Positions 58,845 through 64,000 of a stretch of 64,000 nucleotides of DNA are shown piece after piece. The notes under the pieces were generated by a model. That model did not search any database. It saw only the letters and a program-made list of their open reading frames with translations, and had not been told where the DNA came from. Within the stretch, counting starts at the first letter, position 1. Every line of letters begins with the position of its first letter. Source of the stretch: Auanema rhodensis (taxonomy: Eukaryota; Animalia; Nematoda); assembly GCA_964057225.1 (NCBI GenBank), contig OZ059894.1, forward strand, positions 11,594,001 through 11,658,000. Reading direction: 5' to 3'. Position numbers and translations under genes: made by a program.

Positions 58845-58923
58845 CAATGGAACACATATCGAAGGTTAATTCGATAAGAACGATTACTACACTTTGATCT
58901 TAGCCAAAAGGCCGAGAAGCGAT
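58845..58923 (-). pseudogene. U2: U2 5' fragment (nt 1-79) fused to the type B element
   Basis: ...TTCCATTG then CTATACTGG. Confidence 0.92.
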
Positions 58924-59365
58924 ACAGCATAGCCATGAGTATCAAAGACATCAAGCAAATGTATCGTACTTGTTACGAGTGCACTCTCTCATTTGAATAT
59001 AAAAGTGTGGTTTGACAATCTTGACTGTACAGGTCATAAATGGCTCATATAAACTGTGGATTTACTCAACTTTTGGACTTATTTTTTTCTTATTCGAAGC
59101 GCTGCACTTTTTTCTATTCTTTTTATTCAAATACTTGTATATAGTTTTATATGTACGGTTGCAAAGTTTCCGAATATTTTATATATTTTTATACAATAAT
59201 TAGGAGAAGGTTAATACAATGAAATCTCCCAACTTTACAGTGTTTGTATTGCTTACAGTATCTAGAACAACCACTCTTGTAATATTAGAGCACATATCAA
59301 TCAACAACTTTTTCTAGTTATCAAAGCTTTTTTATTTCTTCAAGATATTTCAAATAAAATATAAA

Positions 59366-59484
59366 AGCTTACGACACCCGGGATTCCCAAGCCGTCTCCG
59401 ATCCAAGTACTAACCGGGCCCAACGTTGCTTGACTTGCCAGATCGGACGGGATGGCGTACTTTCAACGTGGTATGGTCGTAAGC
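59366..59484 (-). rRNA. 5S rRNA
   Basis: Array copy. Confidence 0.96.
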
Positions 59485-59725
59485 AATGTTATATTCTTCA
59501 TTATCAGTTATATCACTCTAAATCTTGTTGTTAATAGTTAGGACCACAAAGAAAACAACAGGAACAGTAACAAATGAAATGCCCAAACTTTACAGTGTTC
59601 GAGTTATTTACAGTATCTAAGACTACCTCTGTCGTGTTATTAGAGCAAACATTCGATTAACAACAACTTTTTTTTAGTTATCAAAGCTTTTTTATTTCTT
59701 CAAAAAATTTCAAATAAAATATAAA

Positions 59726-59844
59726 AGCTTACGACACCCGGGATTCCCAAGCCGTCTCCGATCCAAGTACTAACCGGGCCCAACGTTGCTTGACTTGCCA
59801 GATCGGACGGGATGGCGTACTTTCAACGTGGTATGGTCGTAAGC
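59726..59844 (-). rRNA. 5S rRNA
   Basis: Array copy. Confidence 0.96.
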
Positions 59845-59986
59845 AATGTCATATTCTTCATTATCAGTTATATCACTCTAAATCTTGTTGTTAATAGATA
59901 CGACCACAAAGAAAACAACAGGAACAGTAACAATAACAAAAAAAATTTTTTTTTCACCTATGTGTCTAAAGGTTAGCCATGTATCC

Positions 59987-60032
<46 letters not shown>

Positions 60033-61211
60033 ACAGTAAAAAGTCCAATCAAGAGAGAAATTTTTTCAACACATAGTTGTTTTTTTTTTAAATATCATTG
60101 TTTTTCCTCATAACTCGGTTTAAACTCGTTCTAACCCGTTGAAATACGTCTAGAAAGTCTTTATAACATGCATATGTATGATAGAACTTCATATTTATTG
60201 TAATAGAAAATTTTATTTTCAGACGTCTTGGTTAACAATGATATGTTTTACCCCCTTATAATTTTTATCATAATGTTCCTTATACGGAACGCTCAATGAA
60301 ACTTGCTTCCAGAAAAATTTCTTTCTATTTTTTCTTCATATGTACGTAGATACTATAGAGAACTATGATAGAAAACTTTAACATTCACGAAATCATCATT
60401 TCTCATTACGCTACGGAGGTTTAAAAAGCTGTGTTTTACCTTATAATAGACCGGAAAACCCTTGTGTTAAAACTGGACCGTTTTTACACATATAAAAATG
60501 TCCCGTATTCGGGACCCTAATGTAACTTTTGATTCCCTATATTTTTTTTCATGAAATTTACAATCTACTGTAGAAAGAAGAATTATTTTTATAAAAACTG
60601 TAAATTTTTGAAAAATGAAAACAAAACGAAAACAAAAACAACTTTTTTTTGAACATTTTCTCACACAAGGGTCCCCCCTTACCTACTTTTTTTCTCATTA
60701 CTCGTTTCAACCTCATCCGATCACTCTGCAAACATGTTTAATCGTTCTAACTTGTTGAAATACGTCTTAAAAGTCTAAACAACATGCATATGCATAATAG
60801 AAACCACCCGAATAGGCCCCCACGCACTAAACGAGATATATACATTACCAGTATAGTAATAGAACACATATTGAAGATTAATTCGATAAGAACAATTTAT
60901 TGACGTAGAGAATGTTTGTTCCGAAAAACTACAATATTAAACTATAAAAGTAACAAAAGCGTAGAGGCAGCAAAGACATGAATAAACATAAATGTAAATA
61001 CAGAATTACCAGGTAGTACATAAGTATGACAAAAAATTATAAGAAAGCCATGAAAATAGAAGGTTTGTGAACAAATGAGAGGTACATCTTTGATCGTATA
61101 GTCATTTCTAAACCGTTCGTATGCTGCAGCATCGTCATAAGCGTCACTCAAGTTGAATTTCCATGTGTACTACACGATTTTCATTCTTATTGTTACATTC
61201 TTTCCCTGAGG

Positions 61212-61398
61212 GAATGGGCCGTTCCCGCCAGCAGTGCAAGAGCGGGTCGACCCGTGAGGTGGAGCTAGCAAGCCAGCATCTACCTCAAGTCTCAAAAATC
61301 GGTTAACCTTATTGTGAACCAATGGAACACATATCGAAGGTTAATTCGATAAGAACGATTACTACACTTTGATCTTAGCCAAAAGGCCGAGAAGCGAT
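61212..61398 (-). ncRNA. U2: U2 snRNA
   Basis: Array copy. Confidence 0.95.
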
Positions 61399-61840
61399 AC
61401 AGCATAGCCATGAGTATCAAAGACATCAAGCAAATGTATCGTACTTGTTACGAGTGCACTCTCTCATTTGAATATAAAAGTGTGGTTTGACAATCTTGAC
61501 TGTACAGGTCATAAATGGCTCATATAAACTGTGGATTTACTCAACTTTTGGACTTATTTTTTTCTTATTCGAAGCGCTGCACTTTTTTCTATTCTTTTTA
61601 TTCAAATACTTGTATATAGTTTTATATGTACGGTTGCAAAGTTTCCGAATATTTTATATATTTTTATACAATAATTAGGAGAAGGTTAATACAATGAAAT
61701 CTCCCAACTTTACAGTGTTTGTATTGCTTACAGTATCTAGAACAACCACTCTTGTAATATTAGAGCACATATCAATCAACAACTTTTTCTAGTTATCAAA
61801 GCTTTTTTATTTCTTCAAGATATTTCAAATAAAATATAAA

Positions 61841-61959
61841 AGCTTACGACACCCGGGATTCCCAAGCCGTCTCCGATCCAAGTACTAACCGGGCCCAACG
61901 TTGCTTGACTTGCCAGATCGGACGGGATGGCGTACTTTCAACGTGGTATGGTCGTAAGC
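61841..61959 (-). rRNA. 5S rRNA
   Basis: Array copy. Confidence 0.96.
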
Positions 61960-62200
61960 AATGTTATATTCTTCATTATCAGTTATATCACTCTAAATCT
62001 TGTTGTTAATAGTTAGGACCACAAAGAAAACAACAGGAACAGTAACAAATGAAATGCCCAAACTTTACAGTGTTCGAGTTATTTACAGTATCTAAGACTA
62101 CCTCTGTCGTGTTATTAGAGCAAACATTCGATTAACAACAACTTTTTTTTAGTTATCAAAGCTTTTTTATTTCTTCAAAAAATTTCAAATAAAATATAAA

Positions 62201-62319
62201 AGCTTACGACACCCGGGATTCCCAAGCCGTCTCCGATCCAAGTACTAACCGGGCCCAACGTTGCTTGACTTGCCAGATCGGACGGGATGGCGTACTTTCA
62301 ACGTGGTATGGTCGTAAGC
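62201..62319 (-). rRNA. 5S rRNA
   Basis: Array copy. Confidence 0.96.
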
Positions 62320-62461
62320 AATGTCATATTCTTCATTATCAGTTATATCACTCTAAATCTTGTTGTTAATAGATACGACCACAAAGAAAACAACAGGAAC
62401 AGTAACAATAACAAAAAAAATTTTTTTTTCACCTATGTGTCTAAAGGTTAGCCATGTATCC

Positions 62462-62507
<46 letters not shown>

Positions 62508-63686
62508 ACAGTAAAAAGTCCAATCAAGAGAGAAATTTTTTCAACACATAGTTGTTTTTTTTTTAAATATCATTGTTTTTCCTCATAACTCGGTTTAAAC
62601 TCGTTCTAACCCGTTGAAATACGTCTAGAAAGTCTTTATAACATGCATATGTATGATAGAACTTCATATTTATTGTAATAGAAAATTTTATTTTCAGACG
62701 TCTTGGTTAACAATGATATGTTTTACCCCCTTATAATTTTTATCATAATGTTCCTTATACGGAACGCTCAATGAAACTTGCTTCCAGAAAAATTTCTTTC
62801 TATTTTTTCTTCATATGTACGTAGATACTATAGAGAACTATGATAGAAAACTTTAACATTCACGAAATCATCATTTCTCATTACGCTACGGAGGTTTAAA
62901 AAGCTGTGTTTTACCTTATAATAGACCGGAAAACCCTTGTGTTAAAACTGGACCGTTTTTACACATATAAAAATGTCCCGTATTCGGGACCCTAATGTAA
63001 CTTTTGATTCCCTATATTTTTTTTCATGAAATTTACAATCTACTGTAGAAAGAAGAATTATTTTTATAAAAACTGTAAATTTTTGAAAAATGAAAACAAA
63101 ACGAAAACAAAAACAACTTTTTTTTGAACATTTTCTCACACAAGGGTCCCCCCTTACCTACTTTTTTTCTCATTACTCGTTTCAACCTCATCCGATCACT
63201 CTGCAAACATGTTTAATCGTTCTAACTTGTTGAAATACGTCTTAAAAGTCTAAACAACATGCATATGCATAATAGAAACCACCCGAATAGGCCCCCACGC
63301 ACTAAACGAGATATATACATTACCAGTATAGTAATAGAACACATATTGAAGATTAATTCGATAAGAACAATTTATTGACGTAGAGAATGTTTGTTCCGAA
63401 AAACTACAATATTAAACTATAAAAGTAACAAAAGCGTAGAGGCAGCAAAGACATGAATAAACATAAATGTAAATACAGAATTACCAGGTAGTACATAAGT
63501 ATGACAAAAAATTATAAGAAAGCCATGAAAATAGAAGGTTTGTGAACAAATGAGAGGTACATCTTTGATCGTATAGTCATTTCTAAACCGTTCGTATGCT
63601 GCAGCATCGTCATAAGCGTCACTCAAGTTGAATTTCCATGTGTACTACACGATTTTCATTCTTATTGTTACATTCTTTCCCTGAGG

Positions 63687-63873
63687 GAATGGGCCGTTCC
63701 CGCCAGCAGTGCAAGAGCGGGTCGACCCGTGAGGTGGAGCTAGCAAGCCAGCATCTACCTCAAGTCTCAAAAATCGGTTAACCTTATTGTGAACCAATGG
63801 AACACATATCGAAGGTTAATTCGATAAGAACGATTACTACACTTTGATCTTAGCCAAAAGGCCGAGAAGCGAT
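63687..63873 (-). ncRNA. U2: U2 snRNA
   Basis: Array copy. Confidence 0.95.
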
Positions 63874-64000
63874 ACAGCATAGCCATGAGTATCAAAGACA
63901 TCAAGCAAATGTATCGTACTTGTTACGAGTGCACTCTCTCATTTGAATATAAAAGTGTGGTTTGACAATCTTGACTGTACAGGTCATAAATGGCTCATAT

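Larger units (their letters stand above)
2289..64000 (-). repeat. Tandem array of ~2.46-2.48 kb U2 snRNA + 2x 5S rRNA units, interrupted by mobile elements
   Basis: Near-identical units recur (marker ORF starts 2473, 4934, 7411, 9888 ... 61487); length differences come from the (TA)n tract. Confidence 0.97.

Noticed and set aside
2473-63626. Recurrent 60-90 aa ORFs (MTILTV, MRKCSK, MSDAYD, MLLIDT)
   Set aside because: Mostly non-ATG starts, low-complexity AT-rich translations, some crossing (TA)n; recurrence only reflects the tandem array

Overview
Eukaryotic DNA, most likely from a nematode (5S and U2 are close to the C. elegans RNAs). The window is a tandem array of a ~2.46-2.48 kb unit. 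Each unit carries, all on the minus strand, one U2 snRNA gene and two 5S rRNA genes (360-bp sub-duplication), plus a variable (TA)n tract. I count 16 U2 loci (12 intact) and 30 5S loci (28 full length). Insertions: (i) three copies of a 3.7-kb RLE-type non-LTR retrotransposon at the same U2 site (Utopia-like), one with a YADD>YADE change; (ii) a 9.8-kb BEL/Pao LTR element with a phlebovirus-Gc-like env region; (iii) a 2.6-kb MULE inside a 5S gene; (iv) two related short elements with no RT ORF (865 bp x4 in tandem, 787 bp x1) at the same U2 site. Group (iv) is the best novelty candidate. These look like non-autonomous U2-targeted retroelements with a covarying structured 5' domain, repeated 14-nt-loop hairpins and a 3' UNCG hairpin. 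Their leader, like the autonomous element's, can pair with the U2 branch-point recognition sequence. A decayed junction of this family is fixed in every array unit, and the U2 gene itself deviates from the canonical sequence at the insertion site. RNA pairings were derived by eye, not computed. Most short ORFs in the track are spurious.
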